A DNA stretch of 64,000 nucleotides from assembly GCA_949289785.1 (NCBI GenBank), contig CASEOW010000035.1, positions 13,851-77,850 of the forward strand, read 5' to 3'. Both the position numbers and the translations under genes were made by a program. Under the pieces are notes generated by a model. The model did not search any database. It was not told where the DNA came from and worked only from the letters and a program-made list of their open reading frames with translations. The first letter of the stretch is position 1. Every line of letters begins with the position of its first letter. This DNA is from an uncultured Bacillota bacterium. GTDB lineage: Bacteria > Bacillota > Clostridia > Christensenellales > UBA1242. This document shows positions 18,041 to 27,614 of this stretch, piece by piece.

Positions 18041-18070
18041 AAAAGCTAAATTTTAAATTTAGCTTTTTTA
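18041..18070 (+). terminator. Intrinsic terminator after rny
   Basis: AAAGCTAAATT-TTAA-AATTTAGCTTT followed by a T-run. Confidence 0.8.
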
Positions 18071-18123
18071 TTCTATTTTTTTATATAATTCATATATTTG
18101 ATTTTAAATGTATATTATATAAC

Positions 18124-18741
18124 ATGAACGAATTTTTAGATTATATAGCTCATCATTTTGAAAATTGTGTTTGGCTTGCCGTAATGATTATGGCAATGAT
18201 ACCAACTATAGAAAGTAAAATAGCAATTCCTTTTGGAATGAATACCGAGATATGGGGTAGTAATGCTTTAAACAGCTTTGAATCCTTTTTTTATTCTTTT
18301 TTAGGTTCTATAATTCCTTGTATACTAATAGTTTTGATTGTAAGAAAATTAAAGAGTAGAACTACAGGATTTTTAACAAATAAGTTTTTACAAAAATATA
18401 ATAAAAAAAGTCAATCTGTAAGTATGAAAACAAATAACTTTACAAAATATTTTATGCTTACTGCATTTGTTGCTATTCCTTTGCCTTTAACAGGTGTTTG
18501 GTCTGGAAGTTTAATATTAGGATTAAGTAATTTAGATATTAAAATGGGAATAATTTCTATTATTATAGGAGCTATAATTTCAGCTGGTATGATTTCATTA
18601 ATATGCAATATATTTTCAAATTCAATATCATATATTTTGATTATATCTTTTATAATAATATTAGTATTTTTATTTGTTGATTTGTTTATTTCTTTACTAA
18701 GAGAACATATTAAAAATAAAAAAGTTAAAAACGATAAATGA
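18124..18741 (+). CDS. Small multi-TM membrane protein, probably of the small multidrug export (COG2426-like) family
   Basis: Multiple TM helices; the N-terminal IPTIESKIAIPFG resembles the conserved ELRxAIPxG region of that family (from memory, unverified). Confidence 0.55.
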   Translation: MNEFLDYIAHHFENCVWLAVMIMAMIPTIESKIAIPFGMNTEIWGSNALNSFESFFYSFLGSIIPCILIVLIVRKLKSRTTGFLTNKFLQKYNKKSQSVSMKTNNFTKYFMLTAFVAIPLPLTGVWSGSLILGLSNLDIKMGIISIIIGAIISAGMISLICNIFSNSISYILIISFIIILVFLFVDLFISLLREHIKNKKVKNDK

Positions 18742-18770
18742 TTTTATTAATTAATTATATTGAAACTAAT

Positions 18771-18808
18771 AAAAAAAGGAACTTTCTATTTTTGAAGTTC
18801 CTTTTTTT
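18771..18808. terminator. Bidirectional terminator at the convergent strand-switch point
   Basis: A7-AGGAACTT-(10 nt)-AAGTTCCT-T7 between the last + strand gene and the first - strand gene. Confidence 0.8.
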
Positions 18809-18844
18809 AACTCTGCTAGTTTCAAAAGTTAATGATTTAATTTA

Positions 18845-20821
18845 CTATTTCCAGTATTTTATTAACATATATCTTTTTGTGTAATATCTTACAGGAAGAA
18901 TAATTAAAGATAAAATAATAGGAAGAATCAAAGTTGTAGAATATCTACTAAACGAAGTAGGTGATAGTCCAAATATAAAATTTAGACCTATTATAAGTCC
19001 ACAAATTCCAATAGTTAATAACCATAGTTGCCATTGTGGCATCATTTTAGATGGTAGCCAACTTTTATATCGATAAAAATTATAAAATTTAATTATTACA
19101 TCTACTATAAATAAAGAAGGAAGTAAAATAAACATAAAATTTGTATTAATGTTTAAAAGATTATTTTTTAACGATATAATGTAGAATATAACTGAGCATG
19201 TAACTGCTAAGACAAAGATAGCACAAGATAAACAAAGCATCAATTTATTTGTATTGTGTTCATTTTTTTCTGCAGGCTTTTTATAAATGTTAAAAGATAT
19301 ATTTTGATTATTATAAAAGCTTTTAAGATCATTATAATCATATAAAGCATCTTCTCTAATTTGTTCGTCTTGCGCAGTTTTAGATTTTGAATACAATTTA
19401 GTCAAAATATCCTTATGAGAAGGATCTATAGATTTATCTCTTTTAGGAGCTGGCATCTGATTAGTATTAATAGGGGATTGCTGAGCTATTTTTAATTTTG
19501 GTGGTTCAATTTTTTTAGCTTTTTCTAGTTGACTTATATCTACTCTATTAGTAATAAACTTACCATCATCCGGTTTATCTTGAACTAAATCATTATTATT
19601 TTTTTCAATATTAAATATATTATTTAAACTGTTGTATCGAATTGAATTATCTGTATTTTTTCTTTCAATAATTTGGTTATAATTTTCAAATTGATTATTG
19701 TTTTTGTTATGTAATATAGAATTTTTGAATTCTTCTATGTTGTTTTTTGTTTTTTCATTTGATTTATATAATGGGTCAGTAGCAGTCATTGAAATTTGGT
19801 CTTCTGCAAAACTTCGTTTTCTTTTATATTTATTAATGTCTTTAGAAATGTCATATAATCTTTTATTATAATTTTCTATATCTTTATTGGATAAAAATAC
19901 AGCATCATCTTTAATTTCTGAAGAATCTTCTTTTAATTCATTACTTTGAATGATGTTGTTTTCTTGGGTTTTGTTGGTTTCTTGTAAAACTGGATTATTT
20001 ATTTGATTAATATTTAAAGATTCTTGATTGAAATTATTTTCTTCTATTATTTGACTTATTGAATTATTTTTAAAAATTTCATTTATAGAATTAATTTCAT
20101 TTTCGTTTTTAGAATTCTCCTGATTAAAATTTATGTTTAAATCAGAATTAATTGTGTTTTTATCAACTTCTTCATTATCATTAGATTCTTCAATAGGGGA
20201 GTTTAAAGTTTCAACTTTAATATCTTCAATCTCTGAATTTGAATTTTCCAAGTTATTTGAGGTAGGTGTATTATTTGTTTTTTTATTGTCTATATCAGAA
20301 AAATCAAAATAATCTTCTTCATCCTCATTCTCTGGATTTACATTCATTTCTTTTAAATTATTATCAAAATTTTCCATTCTTTGAGAACTTACATTTTCAT
20401 TGTTTAATCTATTACTATCGGAAATTATTGATATTTGTGAATTAGAAAATAGATTATTTTCATCTTGTTCATATTTAATATTAATATTTTGTATGCTGTT
20501 ACTATCATCTTTAAATTCACGAAAAACATCAATGTTATTTCTATCAAAGTATTCTTTTAAGTCTTGATAAAATTGTCTACCTTTTTCAGTGATAGAGTAA
20601 TATTTTCTATTTGGTCCTAAATCACTACTTTTTAAATATGAAGATACATATCCTTGTTTTTCCATTCTAGTTAAATTTGAGTATACGCTTGGTTTTTTCA
20701 AGTTGATAAAGCCATTGCTTCTTTGATTAATCTCACTTATAAAATCTAAGCCATAAAAATCTCTTTCTAACAAACAATTTAAAATTAAATAAGAAAGTTG
20801 TCCTTTTGCATAAAGATCCAT
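18845..20821 (-). CDS. PadR-family winged-helix regulator fused to a long Asn/Glu-rich linker and a C-terminal 4-TM domain (658 aa)
   Basis: Residues 1-~95 (QLSYLILNCLLERDFYGLDFISEI...VYSNLTRMEKQGYV...RKYYSITEKGRQFY) match the PadR pattern. Residues ~100-530 are low-complexity N/E/K/S-rich. Four hydrophobic helices occupy the last ~130 aa. Confidence 0.7.
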   Translation of the reverse strand: MDLYAKGQLSYLILNCLLERDFYGLDFISEINQRSNGFINLKKPSVYSNLTRMEKQGYVSSYLKSSDLGPNRKYYSITEKGRQFYQDLKEYFDRNNIDVFREFKDDSNSIQNINIKYEQDENNLFSNSQISIISDSNRLNNENVSSQRMENFDNNLKEMNVNPENEDEEDYFDFSDIDNKKTNNTPTSNNLENSNSEIEDIKVETLNSPIEESNDNEEVDKNTINSDLNINFNQENSKNENEINSINEIFKNNSISQIIEENNFNQESLNINQINNPVLQETNKTQENNIIQSNELKEDSSEIKDDAVFLSNKDIENYNKRLYDISKDINKYKRKRSFAEDQISMTATDPLYKSNEKTKNNIEEFKNSILHNKNNNQFENYNQIIERKNTDNSIRYNSLNNIFNIEKNNNDLVQDKPDDGKFITNRVDISQLEKAKKIEPPKLKIAQQSPINTNQMPAPKRDKSIDPSHKDILTKLYSKSKTAQDEQIREDALYDYNDLKSFYNNQNISFNIYKKPAEKNEHNTNKLMLCLSCAIFVLAVTCSVIFYIISLKNNLLNINTNFMFILLPSLFIVDVIIKFYNFYRYKSWLPSKMMPQWQLWLLTIGICGLIIGLNFIFGLSPTSFSRYSTTLILPIILSLIILPVRYYTKRYMLIKYWK

Positions 20822-20841
20822 AATTTTATTCCTCTAGGTTG

Positions 20842-20870
20842 ATTATAAATCTATTTAATAATTTAGTCAA
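20842..20870 (-). promoter_or_regulatory. Consensus promoter of the PadR-TM gene
   Basis: On the - strand, TTGACT-17 nt-TATAAT, ~20 nt upstream of RBS AGAGGA. Confidence 0.7.
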
Positions 20871-21221
20871 CATTTTTTTGAGAATTTTGTCAAAACTATT
20901 ATGTCTTGCATACTAGTTAATTTTTATTAATATAAGGGGGAATTGGTTTTATTTTAGATAAAATCAAAATTTATAAGGGTAATTGAATATTAAATCTCAT
21001 TTATTAAAATTTATTAAAGTATTATAAACAAACAAAATTTATTAACAAAGTTAGTAAATTATATAAAAATAAAAAATAATTTTAAGTTTTTATAAATTTA
21101 ATTAATAATCAAAAGGGTTATGTTATAAAAATAAATGTTAAAATCAAAAAGCATTAAGGAATAATTTAAAAAGGGGTATTAAAAAAAATGATTGCTATTA
21201 TGCAAGATATAATATAAATAA

Positions 21222-21257
21222 AATCTATGCGTAAAACACAAGTTTTACGCATAGATT
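21222..21257 (-). terminator. Perfect 16-bp palindrome acting as an intrinsic terminator for the orphan gene / serS transcript
   Basis: AATCTATGCGTAAAAC-ACAA-GTTTTACGCATAGATT. On the - strand it is followed by TTTATTTAT. It contains the 14-mer TTTTACGCATAGAT that recurs at 24024-24037. Confidence 0.7.
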
Positions 21258-21376
21258 AACACATACTAGCTTTATTATTAAAACTATTTTGTTATTTTTT
21301 TATAATTTTATTTATAATCATTTTTTAATATTTATTAATGATTTTTGAACAAATAAAATAAGTTTTAATAATTTTA

Positions 21377-22357
21377 TTAAGATTTATTTGTAATTACAGA
21401 ATTTATCATTTTATAAAAACCTAAACCTGAATTTTGACAAACTTCATCTTTATATATTGATAAAGAATTATTGTTTATTGATTTTACATCTTTTAATTTA
21501 TTGATAGATAAGTAATTTATAATTTTTAAAAAAACCTTAAAAATATCTTCACCAATATAAAAATTATTTGGAATTGAACATAAAATACTTTCTAAAAAGA
21601 TTTGATTACACATAGACAAATTTACATTAAAATATAAGTAATTAAATATTTTCAACATCTTAATGTAATTTTCCCCCACTTCACTAATTTTCTTTTCAAT
21701 GTTAGCAATTCTATTTTCTAAATTTATTTCTACAAAGCCTTTTTTCTTATTAACATAATATTTATATATATTTCCATCATAAATCATCGGATATATAACT
21801 ATTTTTGTATTAGCACCGAAATCATCTTTACCAACAAGTTCTAGCCTATCTTCGAATAAATAAGTTAAACTAGTTTCAGATAGAAATAATATTATTTTAG
21901 ATTGAAAATCTTCTACCAAATTTGATAAATTATATTTTGTAACATCAATAGGTTTGTTTGTAAATTGTAAATTTTCATCTTTATTTTTTTTAAATTTTTT
22001 CTTTTTTCTTTTTCTTCTATTAAAGATAGATTTTCTATTTCTCCAAGCTATTATAAATTTTTCTTTAAAGTTTTTCCAAAGTGATTCACCTTTAATAGTA
22101 TTTAATTCAAGTTGAGGATTATTGATTCCTAAAATGTAAATAAATGCTGAATTGTCAATTATGGCTCCAGTTAAAAGTTCATTTACTGGTTGTAAAATTG
22201 TATTTTTTAATGAAATAAAAGAAATTTGTTGTTCCATTTTTTCAATAGTAGCACCAACAATATTATTTATAAACTTATTAATTTGTTTTATATATTTTTT
22301 ATTTTCTAAGTTTGCGATATTATTGATAAGTTCTTTATTAATTGATATTTTATTCAT
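21377..22357 (-). CDS. Orphan hypothetical protein (326 aa) with a polybasic insert; weak resemblance to a pol-beta-type nucleotidyltransferase scaffold
   Basis: The preferred start is ATG 22357 (RBS AAGGA 7 nt upstream); the ORF-track start at 22363 is TTG. Features are RNRKSIFNRRKRKKKKFKKNK and the C-terminal helix FLESILCSIPNNFY. No canonical GS...DxD motif is present. Confidence 0.6.
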   Translation of the reverse strand: MNKISINKELINNIANLENKKYIKQINKFINNIVGATIEKMEQQISFISLKNTILQPVNELLTGAIIDNSAFIYILGINNPQLELNTIKGESLWKNFKEKFIIAWRNRKSIFNRRKRKKKKFKKNKDENLQFTNKPIDVTKYNLSNLVEDFQSKIILFLSETSLTYLFEDRLELVGKDDFGANTKIVIYPMIYDGNIYKYYVNKKKGFVEINLENRIANIEKKISEVGENYIKMLKIFNYLYFNVNLSMCNQIFLESILCSIPNNFYIGEDIFKVFLKIINYLSINKLKDVKSINNNSLSIYKDEVCQNSGLGFYKMINSVITNKS

Positions 22358-22475
22358 GTACAATTCCTTATAAAATTTTAATATTAAAACATTGTGTAAA
22401 AATTTATTGTTTGTTAAATATAAAATATATATAAATAAATTAAATATTTAGAATAATAAAGTATTAGAAAAATAT

Positions 22476-23768
22476 TTATTTTTTGTTTTTAGGGTAAATT
22501 CTTTCTATTCCACCAAGGTATGGTTGTAATGCTTTAGGAATGTTAACACTTCCATCTTCATTCATGTTATTTTCCATAAATGCTATTAAAGCTCTTGTTG
22601 AAGCTAAAACAGTATTATTTAAAGTATGAACAAAATATGTTCCATTTTCTCCTTTAGCTCTAATACCTAATCTTCTTGCTTGTGCATCGCCTAAAGTTGA
22701 ACAAGAACCAACTTCAAAATATTTCTTTTGTCTTGGACTCCAAGCTTCTACATCACAACTTTTAACTTTTAAATCAGCAAGGTCGCCACTGCAACATTCT
22801 AAAGTTCTAACAGGAATATTTAAATTTCTAAATATTTCTACTGTATATGCCCACATTTTGTTATACCATTGCATGCTATCTTCAGGTTTACATATTACAA
22901 TCATTTCTTGTTTTTCGAATTGATGGACTCTGTAAATACCTCTTTCATCTAAACCATGTGCACCTATTTCTTTTCTAAAACAAGGGCTGTAAGAAGTCAT
23001 TGTTATTGGCAATTCGCTTTCCTTTAAAATTTGATTTTTAAATTTACCAATCATACTATGTTCGCTAGTACCAATTAAATATAAATCTTCTCCTTCTATT
23101 TTATACATCATTGCGTCCATTTCAGCAAAACTCATAACACCATTTACAACATCTCCACGAATCATAAAAGGTGGAATGCAATAAGTAAATCCTTGATTAA
23201 TCATATAATCTCTTGCGTAATTAATCATTGCAGAAACAATTCTAGCTGGTTCTCCTATTAAATAATAAAATCCTGTACCACTAGTTCTTCCAGCACTTTC
23301 TTTATCAAGTCCATTGAAACTTTCTAAAATATCGGCATTATAAGGAACTTCAAAATTAGGTATTGTTGGTTCTCCAAATTTTTCTATTTCAACATTTTCG
23401 CTATCATCTTTTCCTATTGGAACAGAAGAATCAATAATGTTAGGAATGGTCATCATAATAGATTTAATTTCTTCATTAATAACTAAGAGTTCTTTTTCAA
23501 TAGCTTCAATTTTTTCATTATTTTTTCGAACAATTTCTTTAAGTTCATTGGCTTTATCAATATTTTTTTCTTTCATTAAATTACCAATTTGAGAACTTAA
23601 TGTATTTCTACTTGCTCTTAATGAATCACTTTCTTGTTTTAAAACTCTTGATTTATTGTCTAACTCAATAACCTTATCAACATTTTTAATTTTTTCATCT
23701 TGAAATTTTTTTCTTATATTCTCTTTTACTAATTCAGGATTTGTTCTTATTAAATTTATATCAATCAT
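22476..23768 (-). CDS. serS: Serine-tRNA ligase
   Basis: N-terminal coiled-coil arm and class II motifs (FRKE...G, HQFEKQE, TLNNT..A..R). Confidence 0.97.
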   Translation of the reverse strand: MIDINLIRTNPELVKENIRKKFQDEKIKNVDKVIELDNKSRVLKQESDSLRASRNTLSSQIGNLMKEKNIDKANELKEIVRKNNEKIEAIEKELLVINEEIKSIMMTIPNIIDSSVPIGKDDSENVEIEKFGEPTIPNFEVPYNADILESFNGLDKESAGRTSGTGFYYLIGEPARIVSAMINYARDYMINQGFTYCIPPFMIRGDVVNGVMSFAEMDAMMYKIEGEDLYLIGTSEHSMIGKFKNQILKESELPITMTSYSPCFRKEIGAHGLDERGIYRVHQFEKQEMIVICKPEDSMQWYNKMWAYTVEIFRNLNIPVRTLECCSGDLADLKVKSCDVEAWSPRQKKYFEVGSCSTLGDAQARRLGIRAKGENGTYFVHTLNNTVLASTRALIAFMENNMNEDGSVNIPKALQPYLGGIERIYPKNKK

Positions 23769-23837
23769 ATTTTATATCTTCTCCTTTTATTTCTTTAATT
23801 TTCTTTGAATCAGGTAAAAAAAATTAAATATATTTTT

Positions 23838-23931
23838 AAACATTATTAAAAAAGTTTAATAATGTTTTTATTAAAGTTTTTAATTTATTTTCACTCAAAT
23901 ATAGTATACTTTTATTTTAATCGTAAGTCAA
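23838..23931 (-). promoter_or_regulatory. serS promoter (TTGACT-17-TATACT at 23903-23931) and 13-bp A/T hairpin in the ~150-nt leader (23838-23867)
   Basis: The - strand reads TTGACTtacgattaaaataaaagTATACT. The leader hairpin is AAACATTATTAAA-CTTT-TTTAATAATGTTT. No T-box core sequence is present. Confidence 0.55.
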
Positions 23932-24023
23932 TTATTATTTTAAAATATGCTTTAAATATAACAAGATTTGTAGGTTTTTAAAAATTCTTAAAAGAAGAAT
24001 TTAAAACTTTTTATAATTAAGTA

Positions 24024-24037
24024 TTTTACGCATAGAT
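24024..24037 (+). repeat. Second copy of the 14-mer TTTTACGCATAGAT, centred in an 11-11-11 imperfect inverted repeat ~50 nt upstream of the recombinase gene
   Basis: It matches 21243-21256 exactly. Flanking arms TAATTAAGTAT (24014-24024) and ATATTTAATGA (24036-24046) match 9/11 as inverted repeats. Confidence 0.6.
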
Positions 24038-24087
24038 ATTTAATGAAATTAGTTGATTTTAAAAAATTTATGTGATAAAATTTAAAA

Positions 24088-25125
24088 ATGGAAAAAGTAA
24101 GTTTTTATCAAAAAAGAGATTTAAATAATAGAATAAAAATGTCTAAATATTTGGAATTACTCCCCGATTATTGTTTAGATTATTTCATCGGAATTGAGAA
24201 TAATACTTCATCGTTAACAAGATATAATTATGCTATGGATTTGTATGTCTTTTTTAATTATATCTCTAATTATGTTTTTCATAAAAAGGAAAATTTAATT
24301 AATTTAACTGATTTAGATAACCTTAAATCTAAAAATATTGAACAATATTTATCTTATTTAACATACTATCAATTAGACAATAAATATTATAAGAATGATG
24401 AAAAAGGAAAAGCTAGAAAGCTTGCATCATTAAGAAGTTTTTTTAAATATCTTTTTAATCATGATTTAATTAAAGCAAATGTCGCAAGTAAAATTGATAC
24501 TCCTAAATTACATAATAAAGAAATAGTAAGATTAGAACAAGATGAAGTAACAAGGCTATTAAATGCTGTTGAGTCCCCTAGTGAATTTACTAACAGACAG
24601 AAAGAATATAATAAAAATACTTTTGAAAGAGATAATGCAATCATAACATTGTTTTTAGGAACTGGGATAAGAATTTCAGAACTTGTAGGATTGAATTTAG
24701 AAAGTTTTGATTTTACTCAAAATGCATTTTTAGTTACTAGAAAAGGTGGAAATCAAACCATGTTATATTTTTCTAATGAAGTTGCAATGGTTTTAAAAAC
24801 ATGGCTTGAAAAGAGAGCTACACTTCCACTAGATAAAAATGAAAATGCCATGTTTATATCTTTACAAAATAAAAGAATTTCAATTAGAGCAGTTGAAAAT
24901 TTGGTGAAAAAATTTGCACAAATTGCTAGTCCATTAAAAAAAATATCCCCACATAAATTAAGAAGTACATTTGGAACTAATCTTTATAAAGAAACACGAG
25001 ATATTTATATTGTTGCAGATGTTTTAGGTCATAAAGATGTTAATACAACAAGGAAACATTATGCTGCAATAAGTGAAGATATGAGAAAAAGTGTTGCAGA
25101 AAAAGTAAAATTAGGAAATAGCTAA
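24088..25125 (+). CDS. Tyrosine site-specific recombinase, XerS-like (Xer/phage-integrase family)
   Basis: N-terminal SAM-like core-binding domain. The catalytic region has R (GTGIRISE), TRKGG (as in XerS rather than the GKGxKER of XerC/D), HKLRST, GHKDVNTT and RKHY (Tyr). It is the only substantial + strand gene in the 18.8-64 kb block. Confidence 0.8.
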   Translation: MEKVSFYQKRDLNNRIKMSKYLELLPDYCLDYFIGIENNTSSLTRYNYAMDLYVFFNYISNYVFHKKENLINLTDLDNLKSKNIEQYLSYLTYYQLDNKYYKNDEKGKARKLASLRSFFKYLFNHDLIKANVASKIDTPKLHNKEIVRLEQDEVTRLLNAVESPSEFTNRQKEYNKNTFERDNAIITLFLGTGIRISELVGLNLESFDFTQNAFLVTRKGGNQTMLYFSNEVAMVLKTWLEKRATLPLDKNENAMFISLQNKRISIRAVENLVKKFAQIASPLKKISPHKLRSTFGTNLYKETRDIYIVADVLGHKDVNTTRKHYAAISEDMRKSVAEKVKLGNS

Positions 25126-25182
25126 TAATTAGCAATAATAATGTTGAAATTTGACAAACAATTTCAAACGATAACAAAAAAT

Positions 25183-25228
25183 GAAGTCAAACAACTTGAA
25201 TATTTCAAATACATTTGACTTCTTTTTT
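25183..25228 (+). terminator. Terminator after the recombinase gene
   Basis: GAAGTCAAA...TTTGACTTC with inner TTGAA-TAT-TTCAA, followed by T6. Confidence 0.7.
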
Positions 25229-25294
25229 ATGTGAAGCATATCTCCTTCACACTATTATATTATGCAGTTTTAACAAAATTATGCAAAATAATTT

Positions 25295-26452
<1,158 letters not shown>

Positions 26453-26486
26453 CTACATATTGTATTTAATATGTAAATAATACATA

Positions 26487-27566
26487 CTACATAATAAACA
26501 TTGCATCTCCAAAAGAAAAAAATCTATATCTTTCATTAACAGCTTCATGGTATATATACATTGTTTCTTTATATCCTGCAAAAGCTGAAACCAACATTAT
26601 TAATGTGCTTTCTGGTAAATGAAAGTTTGTAATAAGCGCGTCAACAACTTTAAATTTATAAGATGGATATATAAAAATATTTGTTTCTCTTTTTTGTGGT
26701 ATGATTTTCCCGTTTTGATCTGCACAACTTTCAAGTACTCTTACTGAAGTAGTTCCTACTGCAATTATTCTTCGTCCTTCTGATTTAGCTTTGTTTAGTT
26801 TTAATGCGTTTTCTTCACTCATTTCAATATATTCGCTATGCATTTTATGTTCTAGTATATTTTCTTCTTTTACTGGTCTGAAGGTTCCTAATCCTACATG
26901 AAGCAATACTTCTACAATTTCTATACCTTTTTCTTTTATATTATTTAATAATTCATTTGTAAAATGCAGTCCTGCTGTAGGTGCAGCTGAAGAACCTGAA
27001 ATTTTTGAATATACTGTCTGATATCTATTTTTATCTTTTAGTTTTTCATGAATGTATGGTGGTAATGGTATTTGGCCTACTTCACTTAATCTTTCTTCAA
27101 AAACACCTTCAAAATTAAATTTAATTTTACAAAGTCCATATTCAGATTTTTCAATAATTTCACAGGATAAATTTTGACTAAATTCTAGAATTGTTCCTAC
27201 TTTAATTCTTTTAAATGGTTTAGCAATAGCTTCCCAACTTTTCAAATCAATTCTTTTTTGCAATAAAACTTCAATTTTAGCACCTGTATTTTTAAAACCA
27301 AAAAGTCTTGCCGGTAATACTTTAGTGTTATTGATTACTAGAATATCCCCTGCTTTAAGATAATTAATAATATCTTTAAAAATTTTATGTTCTATTTGTT
27401 TATTTTTTCTATTATAAACTAAAAGTCTAGAATTATCTCTTGGTTCTATAGGTGTTTGTGCAATTAAAGATTCTGGTAGATCATAGTAATAGCTACTTTT
27501 TTTCATTAAATCTAATTGATTATTAATATTATCATTTGTAAGTTCTATTTCGTTATTTATGTTCAT
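26487..27566 (-). CDS. queA: S-adenosylmethionine:tRNA ribosyltransferase-isomerase
   Basis: YDLPESLIAQTPIEPRDNSRLLV, PPYI and AAPTAGLHFT. It has a ~20-aa N-terminal extension, but the first ATG has an AAGGA RBS. Confidence 0.95.
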   Translation of the reverse strand: MNINNEIELTNDNINNQLDLMKKSSYYYDLPESLIAQTPIEPRDNSRLLVYNRKNKQIEHKIFKDIINYLKAGDILVINNTKVLPARLFGFKNTGAKIEVLLQKRIDLKSWEAIAKPFKRIKVGTILEFSQNLSCEIIEKSEYGLCKIKFNFEGVFEERLSEVGQIPLPPYIHEKLKDKNRYQTVYSKISGSSAAPTAGLHFTNELLNNIKEKGIEIVEVLLHVGLGTFRPVKEENILEHKMHSEYIEMSEENALKLNKAKSEGRRIIAVGTTSVRVLESCADQNGKIIPQKRETNIFIYPSYKFKVVDALITNFHLPESTLIMLVSAFAGYKETMYIYHEAVNERYRFFSFGDAMFIM

Positions 27567-27614
27567 ATATTTTCCTTAATTAACGTTACTTAATTTATTT
27601 TTGTTATTAGCATT

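Noticed and set aside
21188-21217. Nine-codon mini-ORF (MIAIMQDII) on the + strand just before the 16-bp palindrome, resembling a leader peptide plus attenuator.
   Set aside because: No + strand gene lies downstream for it to regulate. The RBS spacing is poor (~11 nt). The hairpin is followed by a U-run only on the - strand, where it serves as a terminator.
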